A stretch of 36,586 bases of DNA. It comes from an uncultured virus (IMG/VR IMGVR_UViG_3300027805_000007). Lineage: Duplodnaviria; Heunggongvirae; Uroviricota; Caudoviricetes. The translations under genes were made by a program, and so were the position numbers. The DNA lies in the IMG/VR virus record IMGVR_UViG_3300027805_000007; one strand, written 5' to 3'. Below are positions 16,201 through 24,058 of this stretch, piece by piece (within the stretch, counting starts at the first letter, position 1; each line of letters opens with the position of its first letter). The notes beneath the pieces were generated by a model. It saw only the letters and a program-made list of their open reading frames with translations, made no database searches and was not told the origin of the DNA.

Positions 16201-16521
16201 ATGGACAGCACATCAACACCTGATCAAGTAGCACTTATGTTTCTTGACTGGCAGATCAAACAGATGGAGGACAGACTTCGGTCGCTTAACTACATCGGAA
16301 TTGTCTCCGATTACGCCAAGTTCTTTGCCGAACTGCTCACCCAACTGGAGCCAGTCACGATTGATGCGACCAACGAAGACGCCGATTGGAGGATCAATTG
16401 GAGCCTTCCGTTCGCCACGCAGAAGTTGAATGACTTCAGCAAAGAGTTCACGGAACTTTACACATTGCGTAAAGCCAAGCGTGAGATCTTGAAGCACATC
16501 GCAAGCATTGAGCGTGAGTGA
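16201..16521 (+). CDS. Hypothetical protein
   Basis: SD and ATG start. Confidence 0.85.
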   Translation: MDSTSTPDQVALMFLDWQIKQMEDRLRSLNYIGIVSDYAKFFAELLTQLEPVTIDATNEDADWRINWSLPFATQKLNDFSKEFTELYTLRKAKREILKHIASIERE

Positions 16522-16544
16522 TCAGAAACTGAGTGAGTGAGTAT

Positions 16545-16633
16545 CCCCCAGCGCCTAGGGCGTGCCCGTTCAATCGGGACTGGGGACTAGCGACACGCCA
16601 GTGTCGTGAAGATAAGACCCGAGGAGGTCAACC
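16545..16633 (+). repeat. Structured intergenic element type A, copy 4
   Basis: CCCCAG CGCC-TAG-GGCG TG CCCG-TTCAAT-CGGG A CTGGGG AC ... GACC-CGAGGA-GGTC. Confidence 0.9.
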
Positions 16634-17173
16634 ATGAAAACATCAGACATCAAGCAGATCATTGCCAAGGATCCGAATGCAATATTCGTGATCAAGCAAC
16701 GCTTCGGTCGTGGCACGAGTTACGGATCAATCACGGAAGTGATTGAGCGTGAGGTTCCCGTGTACGACAACTACAGGCGGACAGGCACTCGCATTGAGTT
16801 CGTATTCGCTGTGACTCACCACACATATTTCCGTGGTTACTTGCGCAGTGAGGGTGCCAATGACAACCGAGAGCCTGTGTACGGCTTGGCAACTCGCAAG
16901 GTGTCAGCACGAGAGATCCAGTCTCACATGGCTCACTGGGAAGCGACCACCATTCAAGAATGGGTCGCTCAACAGGATGCCGAGGCGAAGGCTTACCACC
17001 AAGAAAAGATTGAGCGTGCTGGCTCCAAGCAACAGGCAGTCAATGGCATCATCCGACACATCAGTAGCCCAACGGTTACCGATGCCGAGTGGAACAAACT
17101 CAACGATGACCTCATGACTCTTCGCATTGAGACTCTGCAATTAATCAGTGAGAAGATCACATCACTTGTGTGA
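16634..17173 (+). CDS. Hypothetical protein
   Basis: SD and ATG start. Confidence 0.85.
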   Translation: MKTSDIKQIIAKDPNAIFVIKQRFGRGTSYGSITEVIEREVPVYDNYRRTGTRIEFVFAVTHHTYFRGYLRSEGANDNREPVYGLATRKVSAREIQSHMAHWEATTIQEWVAQQDAEAKAYHQEKIERAGSKQQAVNGIIRHISSPTVTDAEWNKLNDDLMTLRIETLQLISEKITSLV

Positions 17174-17184
17174 TGTGAGCGACT

Positions 17185-17268
17185 CCCCCGTGCACTTTAG
17201 GTGTGGCGTTCAATCGCAACACGGGACAAGGCATTCCCGCCGAAGTAAGCGACCTGAGGAGGTCAACC
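17185..17268 (+). repeat. Structured intergenic element type A, copy 5
   Basis: CCCGTG CACT-TTA-GGTG TG GCG-TTCAAT-CGC AA CACGGG AC ... GACC-TGAGGA-GGTC. Confidence 0.85.
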
Positions 17269-17649
17269 ATGAAAACAGCAACAACACTTACAGTCACCGT
17301 CCGACTGGATGCGGAAGAGTTCATGTCCGCAGTTCTCGGTTCGGGGTGGTTGGGATGGTCTTGGTGGGAGGCGTTCGGATACCTGAACGGCTACAGCGAT
17401 GACAATCTTCCAACTGACCCGAGTGAGAAGTTCATCTTGGTGGGTGTTGAGAACCCTGATCGTTACGATCGGGACACCTTCCCAGCACCAGCCAGCATCA
17501 AAAGCGCCAAGTTGTCAATGAATGACATCGCCATGGCGTACGGTGCGCTCGTGTCCCGTGGTTGGGATATCAACCACGAAGACCTTGACGCATGCGGTGC
17601 TGACAACATCATGCAGTACGCAGTGCTCGGTGACATCGTCTACGGGTGA
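17269..17649 (+). CDS. Hypothetical acidic protein
   Basis: Start moved to ATG 17269, which follows the repeated SD hairpin. Confidence 0.85.
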   Translation: MKTATTLTVTVRLDAEEFMSAVLGSGWLGWSWWEAFGYLNGYSDDNLPTDPSEKFILVGVENPDRYDRDTFPAPASIKSAKLSMNDIAMAYGALVSRGWDINHEDLDACGADNIMQYAVLGDIVYG

Positions 17650-17658
17650 GTGAGCGTT

Positions 17659-17749
17659 CCCCTAGCGCCTTGGGCGTGCCGATTCAATTCGGACTAGGGA
17701 CTAGCGACACGCCAGTGTCGTGAATACAAATACCTGAGGAGGTATAGCC
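17659..17749 (+). repeat. Structured intergenic element type A, copy 6
   Basis: CCCTAG CGCC-TTG-GGCG TG CCGA-TTCAAT-TCGG A CTAGGG AC ... TACC-TGAGGA-GGTA. Confidence 0.9.
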
Positions 17750-18040
17750 ATGAAATTCGGAATAGAAGACACAATTGCAAAAGCAATTCGCAGGCATGCG
17801 CACTTTGATTCCATGTCACCAAGAAGTCTCGGAGTCTGGCGGGTGATGCACCATGAGCGTGCACATATCGCTCTGTGGATGCTGTGGCAATCACTTGCGG
17901 ATCAACTCGGCATGGATGACGCTGTAATCGTTGACTGCCGAACGGCAGAAGAAAACAGCGCATTCTTGATCAAGTGCGGTATCAGTCCTGATGTCGTGCG
18001 AGACATCGTCACCGATGAAGAAAATTGGGGTTCTTACTAA
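17750..18040 (+). CDS. Hypothetical protein
   Basis: SD and ATG start. Confidence 0.8.
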   Translation: MKFGIEDTIAKAIRRHAHFDSMSPRSLGVWRVMHHERAHIALWMLWQSLADQLGMDDAVIVDCRTAEENSAFLIKCGISPDVVRDIVTDEENWGSY

Positions 18041-18046
18041 CCAATT

Positions 18047-18132
18047 CCCCCAGCGCTTTAGGCGTGACCGTTCAATCGGTACTGGGGACTGTGAGCAACC
18101 GCTCACTACAAAATACCTGAGGAGGTATAGCC
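18047..18132 (+). repeat. Structured intergenic element type A, copy 7
   Basis: CCCCAG CGCT-TTA-GGCG TG ACCG-TTCAAT-CGGT A CTGGGG AC ... TACC-TGAGGA-GGTA. Confidence 0.9.
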
Positions 18133-18453
18133 ATGAGTTATCAACTGACCGACTGGGATCTAGAACAGATCACTGACACACTGGACATGTATGAAGCGGG
18201 TTCCGTAATGGAGTACTCGGGTCGTGCGATGTATGGCGCTCAATGCCTCGGCATTGTGACCGAAGATGTGGCATCAACATTCTTGATCCTCGGATCGGCA
18301 CTCGCTGACTTGGGCAGTAAAGGTCAAGCCCTGACAAGGGCACTTCTTTACGATGTGCGTCAAGACAGCATGGGTCGTGATGAAGCCGTTGTCTACTTCC
18401 CATCCATCACAATGCCAGCAGGCTATGTGGAGGAGGACGAGGACAATGACTAG
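18133..18453 (+). CDS. Hypothetical acidic phage protein (YSGRAMYG...DSMG motif)
   Basis: SD and ATG start; motif is familiar from small phage proteins. Confidence 0.85.
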   Translation: MSYQLTDWDLEQITDTLDMYEAGSVMEYSGRAMYGAQCLGIVTEDVASTFLILGSALADLGSKGQALTRALLYDVRQDSMGRDEAVVYFPSITMPAGYVEEDEDND

Positions 18454-18664
18454 CCCAGTCGTAATTGGCAAAGTGATGGACGATGGTGCGTTGGTGTGCC
18501 TTGTGTGCGCCGACTACTACCAAGCCGAGTCACTTCGTGAAGGTGAGACACTGGAGTTCGCTGAGGCGTACGACATCGGATACCCCGATGGATACACCTG
18601 TGCGACATGCGGTGATGCGTGGTACCCCGAGGGGTACGACCACTCAGTTGATCACAGTGCGTGA
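18446..18664 (+). CDS. Small acidic zinc-finger protein
   Basis: CLVC...CATC; start ATG 18446 overlaps the upstream gene. Confidence 0.75.
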   Translation: MTSPVVIGKVMDDGALVCLVCADYYQAESLREGETLEFAEAYDIGYPDGYTCATCGDAWYPEGYDHSVDHSA

Positions 18665-18670
18665 TCGGGA

Positions 18671-18777
18671 GCATCACGGGTTCGCCCGTGGTGCCCTCAC
18701 AGTGCATCGGCGTTGTGTCGGTGCATTGTGAGGGCATACAATTGCCCGTTCAACTAACAGACCCGAGGAGGTCAACC
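18671..18777 (+). repeat. Structured intergenic element type B
   Basis: GCATCACGGG-TTCG-CCCGTGGTGC; CCTCACAGTGCATCG...CGGTGCATTGTGAGG; GACC-CGAGGA-GGTC. Confidence 0.85.
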
Positions 18778-19032
18778 ATGGATGCAACTATTCACAAAGT
18801 AACTGGGTTTCGGATTGAGAAAACTGGTGACTCACGACTTCACACGATTGATCTCGTGATTGAGTACGAAGACTTGGCGTTCAGCCGTCCCCAGTGGGAG
18901 CAGGACAAAGAGTCATTCGGTTACGCAAAACTGGAGTCCACGATCACGCTCTTTATCAGTGACACCGCTGACATTGACACAGTGTTATGGAAGGCAATCG
19001 CAGAACTCACTTCCCAACTCGCCAATGCGTGA
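18778..19032 (+). CDS. Hypothetical protein
   Basis: Start moved to ATG 18778 after the SD hairpin. Confidence 0.8.
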   Translation: MDATIHKVTGFRIEKTGDSRLHTIDLVIEYEDLAFSRPQWEQDKESFGYAKLESTITLFISDTADIDTVLWKAIAELTSQLANA

Positions 19033-19049
19033 GTAAGTAGCAGTGGGCA

Positions 19050-19159
19050 GTCATGGCGCAAGCCATGGCGTGCTCGGAGTGCACTGATCCCCCATCGGTG
19101 CATTCCGAGGACGCAAGTCCATTCAGTACAACAAAACAGAATCTGAGGAGGTTCTTACC
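19050..19159 (+). repeat. Structured intergenic element type B
   Basis: GTCATGGC-GCAA-GCCATGGC; CTCGGAGTGCACTGAT-CCCCC-ATCGGTGCATTCCGAG; GGAC-GCAA-GTCC; AATC-TGAGGA-GGTT. Confidence 0.85.
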
Positions 19160-19885
19160 ATGGGTGCAATAACACCAAAGCAACAGGCATTCATTCGCAC
19201 GATGCTCTTAGAGCGTGCTTCAACACTCGGTCTTGATGAGGCTGGTGTTGACCAGTACATCATTGATCAGAAGTTGAATGAGTTGTCCAGCAAGTCAGCA
19301 TCGTTCGCCATTGACGCAATCAAGAAGATTGAGGTCAAGCGTGTGGGCACTGACCACTTGCCTAAGGCAGAGCGCACCATCGTCAACAAGTATGCGAACC
19401 CGTGCACATTGTGCGGGCATCCTGTACCTGTCGGTGCTGGTCACGCATTGCTCATCAGTGGCAAGTGGCAGACATTCCACAAGGCTGGTGAATGCTCATC
19501 GGAGCCTGTTGCTCGTCCAGTGACGGTGACCAACGAACTCTTCGGCACACTTGCCGATGGGTTCTACGCACTGTCATCAACTGGCGCCAACGATCTCGTG
19601 TTCTACGCAGTGAAGACCAACAAGGGCGTGCATAACGCAAGCCTCAAGGGTCAGCGTGCGATCTACATGGTCGTGGGTGGTCATCGTGACGAGCGACTAC
19701 ACGGTGAGCGTGCAGTGAACGCTGTGAAGCGTCTACTTGCGCTCAGCGATCAAGAACGCATGGATGCACAGGCACTGTACGGTCAAGAGATCGGGCGGTG
19801 TGGTGTGTGCGGGCGTCACTTGACCGATGAGGTCACACGCAAGCGTGGCATCGGCAACGACTGCGCAAAGCGATTGGGCTTCTAG
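19160..19885 (+). CDS. DUF6011-like zinc-binding protein
   Basis: C-terminal RCGVCGRHLTDEVTRKRGIGNDCAKR; internal NKYANPCTLCG. Confidence 0.75.
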   Translation: MGAITPKQQAFIRTMLLERASTLGLDEAGVDQYIIDQKLNELSSKSASFAIDAIKKIEVKRVGTDHLPKAERTIVNKYANPCTLCGHPVPVGAGHALLISGKWQTFHKAGECSSEPVARPVTVTNELFGTLADGFYALSSTGANDLVFYAVKTNKGVHNASLKGQRAIYMVVGGHRDERLHGERAVNAVKRLLALSDQERMDAQALYGQEIGRCGVCGRHLTDEVTRKRGIGNDCAKRLGF

Positions 19886-19891
19886 CCCGAG

Positions 19892-19993
19892 GATGTCACA
19901 CCGCAAGGTGTGGCGCCCTCACAGCACATCGGGCAACTGATGTGTTGTGAGGACGCAAGTCCACTAACAATTACCTGAGGAGGTAAACAGACC
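19892..19993 (+). repeat. Structured intergenic element type B
   Basis: GTCACACC-GCAA-GGTGTGGC; CCTCACAGCACATCGG-GCAA-CTGATGTGTTGTGAGG; GGAC-GCAA-GTCC; TTACC-TGAGGA-GGTAA. Confidence 0.85.
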
Positions 19994-21517
19994 ATGAATA
20001 CACAACTAGAAGGACTGAGTGCATTGCTATCGGGGCTTGATCGTGTTGCGCCAGCAATCACTGCTGACCCATCACTCCTTGCTCTTAGTAGCGCTCACGA
20101 TGGTGAGGTCGCTGTAGATCTCGCTCAACCTCTCTTCCCGTTCCAGCGTGCTGGCGTGGCGTATGCAATCAAGCAACGCCGTGTCATCATCGGTGACGAG
20201 ATGGGGCTGGGCAAGACTCCGCAGGGCATCGCAGTGGCTGTGCAGGCTGTCAATGAGAAGCACAAGGTGCTTGTCGTGGTGCCTCCGTCATTGCGCACCA
20301 ACTGGGTTCGCTCATTCAAGCAGTTCGCACCGTGGCTCTCTGTAGCCGTGGTGAAGGGCAGTCGTGTCGGTGCCATACCTAAGGCTGATGTGGTGATCAT
20401 TGGTGACAGCAATGTTGACCTGTGGTCACTCAAGTTGGCTGGCAAGTTTGGAGCGCTCATCGTTGATGAGGCACACCGTGCGAAGAATGCGAAGTCAGGT
20501 CGCACTAAGGGTATTGCATACATCGCCAAGTCAATTCCGACTGAGGGGTATGTGGTATTGCTCAGTGGCACCATCATCGTGAATCGTCCAAGCGAACTCG
20601 TTGCTCCGCTGTCAATCATTGACAGACTGGACAGAGGGTTCGGTGGACGCAACGCATTCCTGTTTCGTTACTGTGATCCAATCCACAATGGATGGGGTTA
20701 TGTGTACAACGGAGCCAGCAACACCACTGAGTTGAACGACAAATTGCGTGGCATCTGCTATGTGAGGCGTAACAAGTCAGATGTGTTGAAGGAACTCCCA
20801 GCGAAGCGCCGTGCTCAAGTGGCGGTAGAGATCACAGAAGATGATCTCGCTACATACCGTCACGCCGAGAATGACTTCCGTGACTTCGTCATCGCCAATG
20901 GCGGTGCCGAGGCATGGCAGAAGGCATCCAAGGCTGAGGTGATCACTCGCCTCAACGCACTGCGCAAGTTGCTCGGTATCGCCAAGATCCCGTATGTGGT
21001 TGAGCATGTAGAAGAACTTGTCGCTCAAGGCGAGAAGGTCATCGTGTTCGCACATCACCGAGATGTCATCGCAGGCTTAGCCAGTGCTCTTAACAAGCAC
21101 GGCGTAGTCAAGGTGGCTGGCGGTCTTACCGATGAGCAGAAGCAGGAAGCAGTTGACGCATTCCAACAAGGTGACGCCAAGGTGTTCATCGGACAATTCA
21201 CAAGTGCTGGTGTCGGTCTTACATTGACCGCATCATCGCATGTGGTGTTCGCTGAAGTGCCATGGACACCAGCGGAAGCAGTGCAATCAGAAGACCGTGC
21301 ACACCGCATCGGTCAAGACAACGCAGTCGTTGCGTGGTGGTTGTTGGCTGTAGATGACACAAGCGAGATCCCAACAGTGGACGATCGCATGTGGGCACTA
21401 CTCAACGCCAAGCACGAGACGGTATCGGCTGTCTTGACAGGTCACGGTGAAGACATGGGTGCAGAGGGTGGAAGCATTACGCAAGCCCTCATTGACGGGA
21501 TCGTTGGTAACGGATAA
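19994..21517 (+). CDS. SNF2-family (SMARCAL1/HARP-like) helicase/translocase
   Basis: GDEMGLGKT, DEAH, LSGT, KVIVFAHH, GVGLTLT, QSEDRAHRIGQ. Confidence 0.95.
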   Translation: MNTQLEGLSALLSGLDRVAPAITADPSLLALSSAHDGEVAVDLAQPLFPFQRAGVAYAIKQRRVIIGDEMGLGKTPQGIAVAVQAVNEKHKVLVVVPPSLRTNWVRSFKQFAPWLSVAVVKGSRVGAIPKADVVIIGDSNVDLWSLKLAGKFGALIVDEAHRAKNAKSGRTKGIAYIAKSIPTEGYVVLLSGTIIVNRPSELVAPLSIIDRLDRGFGGRNAFLFRYCDPIHNGWGYVYNGASNTTELNDKLRGICYVRRNKSDVLKELPAKRRAQVAVEITEDDLATYRHAENDFRDFVIANGGAEAWQKASKAEVITRLNALRKLLGIAKIPYVVEHVEELVAQGEKVIVFAHHRDVIAGLASALNKHGVVKVAGGLTDEQKQEAVDAFQQGDAKVFIGQFTSAGVGLTLTASSHVVFAEVPWTPAEAVQSEDRAHRIGQDNAVVAWWLLAVDDTSEIPTVDDRMWALLNAKHETVSAVLTGHGEDMGAEGGSITQALIDGIVGNG

Positions 21518-21598
21518 TCGTGGGCGCTGTAGCGCTTCATGGTCAGCGTTACAAGCGACAATCGGTGCACTCTTGTCCTCACGGGAGCCACCACAGTT

Positions 21599-21701
21599 CA
21601 TCACGGGCGCAAGCCCGTGGTGTTCTGACAGTACATTGACACACCGTTGATGTACTGTCAGAACATCACCCGATGTTCATTCAAGACCTGAGGAGGTCAC
21701 C
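21599..21701 (+). repeat. Structured intergenic element type B
   Basis: CATCACGGGC-GCAA-GCCCGTGGTG; TTCTGACAGTACATTGA...TTGATGTACTGTCAGAA; GACC-TGAGGA-GGTC. Confidence 0.85.
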
Positions 21702-21917
21702 ATGTACAACTTAAATATCACTCTCAACGGAGGCATTGATCGCCGTGGATCCGAACTGGACATCCTGTACCAGTTGGTGCGAGACGGCATGGAAGCGATT
21801 CACAACCGACTCGGTGACGATGGCATCTATCCATGGGGTTCTCTTGAGCAGTATCTCGCTGTAGAGGACAAGGTCATTGGCGCTCTCAGCAAGATCTGTG
21901 ACAAGAACGGCTTCTAG
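21702..21917 (+). CDS. Hypothetical protein
   Basis: SD and ATG start. Confidence 0.8.
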   Translation: MYNLNITLNGGIDRRGSELDILYQLVRDGMEAIHNRLGDDGIYPWGSLEQYLAVEDKVIGALSKICDKNGF

Positions 21918-21923
21918 AGAGAT

Positions 21924-22007
21924 CCCCCAGCGCTACAGGCGTGCGGATTCAATTCCGACTGGGGACAAGGCAATACCGCCGAAGTAAACAAAGCCTGAGG
22001 AGGCACC
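21924..22007 (+). repeat. Structured intergenic element type A, copy 8
   Basis: CCCCAG CGCT-ACA-GGCG TG CGGA-TTCAAT-TCCG A CTGGGG AC ... GCC-TGAGGA-GGC. Confidence 0.9.
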
Positions 22008-22247
22008 ATGAAAGTAAGTCACGCAATTAAATTATTGAGTGAGATCAATCCTGACGAAGAGATCGCTATCTCTTGGTGGGAAGCAAACCTGTTCACCATT
22101 GGTGACAATGATGAAACATTGTCGGCAGATTCAGAAGAATGGCTCAGGGCTGTTGAAGTGTTTGACGCCAACGGTGGTTACGACAGCGTCAACCAAGATG
22201 TGTGGACATACCTCAATTACGACATCACAGAACAAGGAGAGTTCTAA
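22008..22247 (+). CDS. Small acidic hypothetical protein
   Basis: SD and ATG start. Confidence 0.8.
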   Translation: MKVSHAIKLLSEINPDEEIAISWWEANLFTIGDNDETLSADSEEWLRAVEVFDANGGYDSVNQDVWTYLNYDITEQGEF

Positions 22248-22534
22248 TGAGCAATATCGGAACACCAATTGGTGCATGGGCAATCATCCAGTGGAAGGAC
22301 ACGCAGGACGAAAGCGAGGTGTACATCTCGTTTGGCACATGGAATGAGAACGAGTGGAACGGCGAGTACGACTCGCTGGGCAACCGAGACGATGAGGTCT
22401 TCTTCTACTGCGAAGGCGGAGAAGAGGAACTCAAGTCACTCGTAGGCAACAACGGCGAAGACTTCAATGTCTTGTCGTACGACATTGACTACAAGATCCC
22501 ATTCGTGCTCGCTGACATGGAGGTAGAGCAATGA
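22247..22534 (+). CDS. Small acidic hypothetical protein
   Basis: TAATG coupling and AAGGAG SD; start moved to 22247. Confidence 0.8.
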   Translation: MSNIGTPIGAWAIIQWKDTQDESEVYISFGTWNENEWNGEYDSLGNRDDEVFFYCEGGEEELKSLVGNNGEDFNVLSYDIDYKIPFVLADMEVEQ

Positions 22535-22788
22535 GCAAGGTCATGATCGGCACTGGGTTGTTAGTTGACGACCACCATGGCGTGTACAGCGCCATGGAAG
22601 CGTGCAGGATTGCACGAGAACTTGGGTGGGATGGGCGCCAGCCCACCGACATTGAGGACTCGTGGTACCAAGAACAGGTAGCCACGGAATGGCTGAATGA
22701 CCAAGTCGCTACTGACGGTCACTCATTCGGCTGGCACGAAGGCGGATACTTCTACATGCCACAGACATGGTGGGAGGATGTTGCCTGA
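22531..22788 (+). CDS. Small acidic hypothetical protein
   Basis: ATGA overlap and GGAGG SD. Confidence 0.8.
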   Translation: MSKVMIGTGLLVDDHHGVYSAMEACRIARELGWDGRQPTDIEDSWYQEQVATEWLNDQVATDGHSFGWHEGGYFYMPQTWWEDVA

Positions 22789-22790
22789 TC

Positions 22791-22907
22791 GGGGCATCAC
22801 GGGCTTCGGCTCGTGGTGCTCTCACAGCACATAAATTCTGTTTGTGTGTTGTGAGGGTACCTAGTACCCGATAAATTAGTTAATCCCTAAAGACCTGAGG
22901 AGGTCAG
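22791..22907 (+). repeat. Structured intergenic element type B
   Basis: GGGCATCACGGGC-TTCG-GCTCGTGGTGCTC; CTCACAGCACATAAA...TTTGTGTGTTGTGAG; GGGTAC-CTA-GTACCC; GACC-TGAGGA-GGTC. Confidence 0.85.
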
Positions 22908-23267
22908 ATGATACAACCAGTAATCAAAATGTCTGTTGAAGAATGGGAGGCAAAGTTCAAGCCTGTCAACAATCACCTAGATGACAACGCATCGTGGTCA
23001 GACGATGATGGCAACGGCATCATGTTTGAAACATACGGTGCCGAAGTTGACCATGTGTTTGATCAGCCATTGCATTACACATGGACATATGTGGACGGCG
23101 AGGAAGGCACATACATCATCGCTGGACGACACATCGTTAACCGCATCGGTTATTTCATAACTGAGAACCAGTGGGACGATGACTTCAACACCAAGTACGA
23201 AATTCAAGTAATCAGCAACGAAGACATGTACGAAACAGTGTTAGACCTTGAAGGAGGCAACAAATGA
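22908..23267 (+). CDS. Acidic hypothetical phage protein
   Basis: SD and ATG start; FETYG...WT..D...G.HIVNRIGYFITE motif. Confidence 0.85.
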   Translation: MIQPVIKMSVEEWEAKFKPVNNHLDDNASWSDDDGNGIMFETYGAEVDHVFDQPLHYTWTYVDGEEGTYIIAGRHIVNRIGYFITENQWDDDFNTKYEIQVISNEDMYETVLDLEGGNK

Positions 23268-23473
23268 AAACAATCAATGTGGCAGTAGGAGACGAAGTAG
23301 AAGTATCCGTGCAGATCTCTCCGATAGAGACATTTGACTACTCAGGAATCGTCTCACGAATCAGCGACACCGAGTTGTCAATGTGGACTAGCGACAGCCC
23401 ATACGACACCTACGAGAACGAGCGTGAGATTGACATCGCACTCTCAAAGATCATCGCAGTGGATGTGTTCTGA
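23264..23473 (+). CDS. Small acidic hypothetical protein
   Basis: ATGA overlap and GGAGG SD. Confidence 0.75.
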   Translation: MKTINVAVGDEVEVSVQISPIETFDYSGIVSRISDTELSMWTSDSPYDTYENEREIDIALSKIIAVDVF

Positions 23474-23673
23474 TGCAGAGCGTCATGGAATATTTCAATC
23501 GCACGGGAGAGACTCCAACAGCGGTGATCCTGTGTCACCATGACTTCCGTCCAGCGCCTGACTTACCTCTGAATGTGTGGAGGTGCGTCAAGTGTGCTGA
23601 GAACGGCTGGGACAGTCGGCAAACTCAATTCGCACCATGCAATGGCAACTGCCGTTGTGGAGGCGAGCAATGA
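23473..23673 (+). CDS. Small Cys-rich protein
   Basis: TGATG coupling; several Cys motifs. Confidence 0.6.
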   Translation: MQSVMEYFNRTGETPTAVILCHHDFRPAPDLPLNVWRCVKCAENGWDSRQTQFAPCNGNCRCGGEQ

Positions 23674-23921
23674 TCCTCGGTGGTTACCCAGTAGTGCGCA
23701 GGGACTTGGTGGAGGCGAATCTCTTGATCCCCTCTGTCAATACCAATGAGTACTACGGGCAAGAACAACTGTCCAAGATGAAGTACATCGGCAGTGTCAA
23801 TGAGCAGTTTGAAGATGACGACTCGGGCGCTTACATCAAGTTCTATGCACCTGAGGGTCATGTCGTATATCTGTACAACATTGACTTAGATTGGATTGAA
23901 ACATCGTTAAACGAGTCCTGA
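23670..23921 (+). CDS. Hypothetical protein
   Basis: ATGA overlap and GGAGG SD; start moved to 23670. Confidence 0.7.
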   Translation: MILGGYPVVRRDLVEANLLIPSVNTNEYYGQEQLSKMKYIGSVNEQFEDDDSGAYIKFYAPEGHVVYLYNIDLDWIETSLNES

Positions 23922-23937
23922 GAGGCTCGTACGAAAG

Positions 23938-24058
23938 GTGACATCAGCCTCGGCTGGTGTCACCCCGTGAGCACTTCCCTTGATCCGCCTTGGGAAGTGC
24001 TCACGGGGTGAAGCAACCTTGTAACACCTGTCAACAACAATGATCTGAGGAGGTCATC
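23938..24058 (+). repeat. Structured intergenic element type B
   Basis: GTGACATCAGC-CTCG-GCTGGTGTCAC; CCCGTGAGCACTTCCC...GGGAAGTGCTCACGGG; TGATC-TGAGGA-GGTCA. Confidence 0.8.

Noticed and set aside
15173..22007. Type A elements as tRNA genes
   Set aside because: Only about 40 nt, with no anticodon arm, a 6-nt rather than 7-nt T-like loop and no CCA. tRNA-like at most.
14720..24058. CTGAGGAG read as a hammerhead ribozyme core (CUGANGA)
   Set aside because: Three copies read CCGAGGA, there is no consistently placed stem II plus GAAA, and the flanks pair with each other to form a simple SD hairpin.
14605..24058. CRISPR array or classical integron attC array
   Set aside because: Repeats are separated by whole genes, conserved in structure rather than sequence, and lack RYYYAAC/GTTRRRY ends. 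No cas or intI gene is in the window.
18671..24058. Type B hairpins as intrinsic terminators
   Set aside because: No U-tract follows on the plus strand and I saw no promoter between hairpin and SD. Not fully excluded, since actinobacterial terminators can lack U-tracts.
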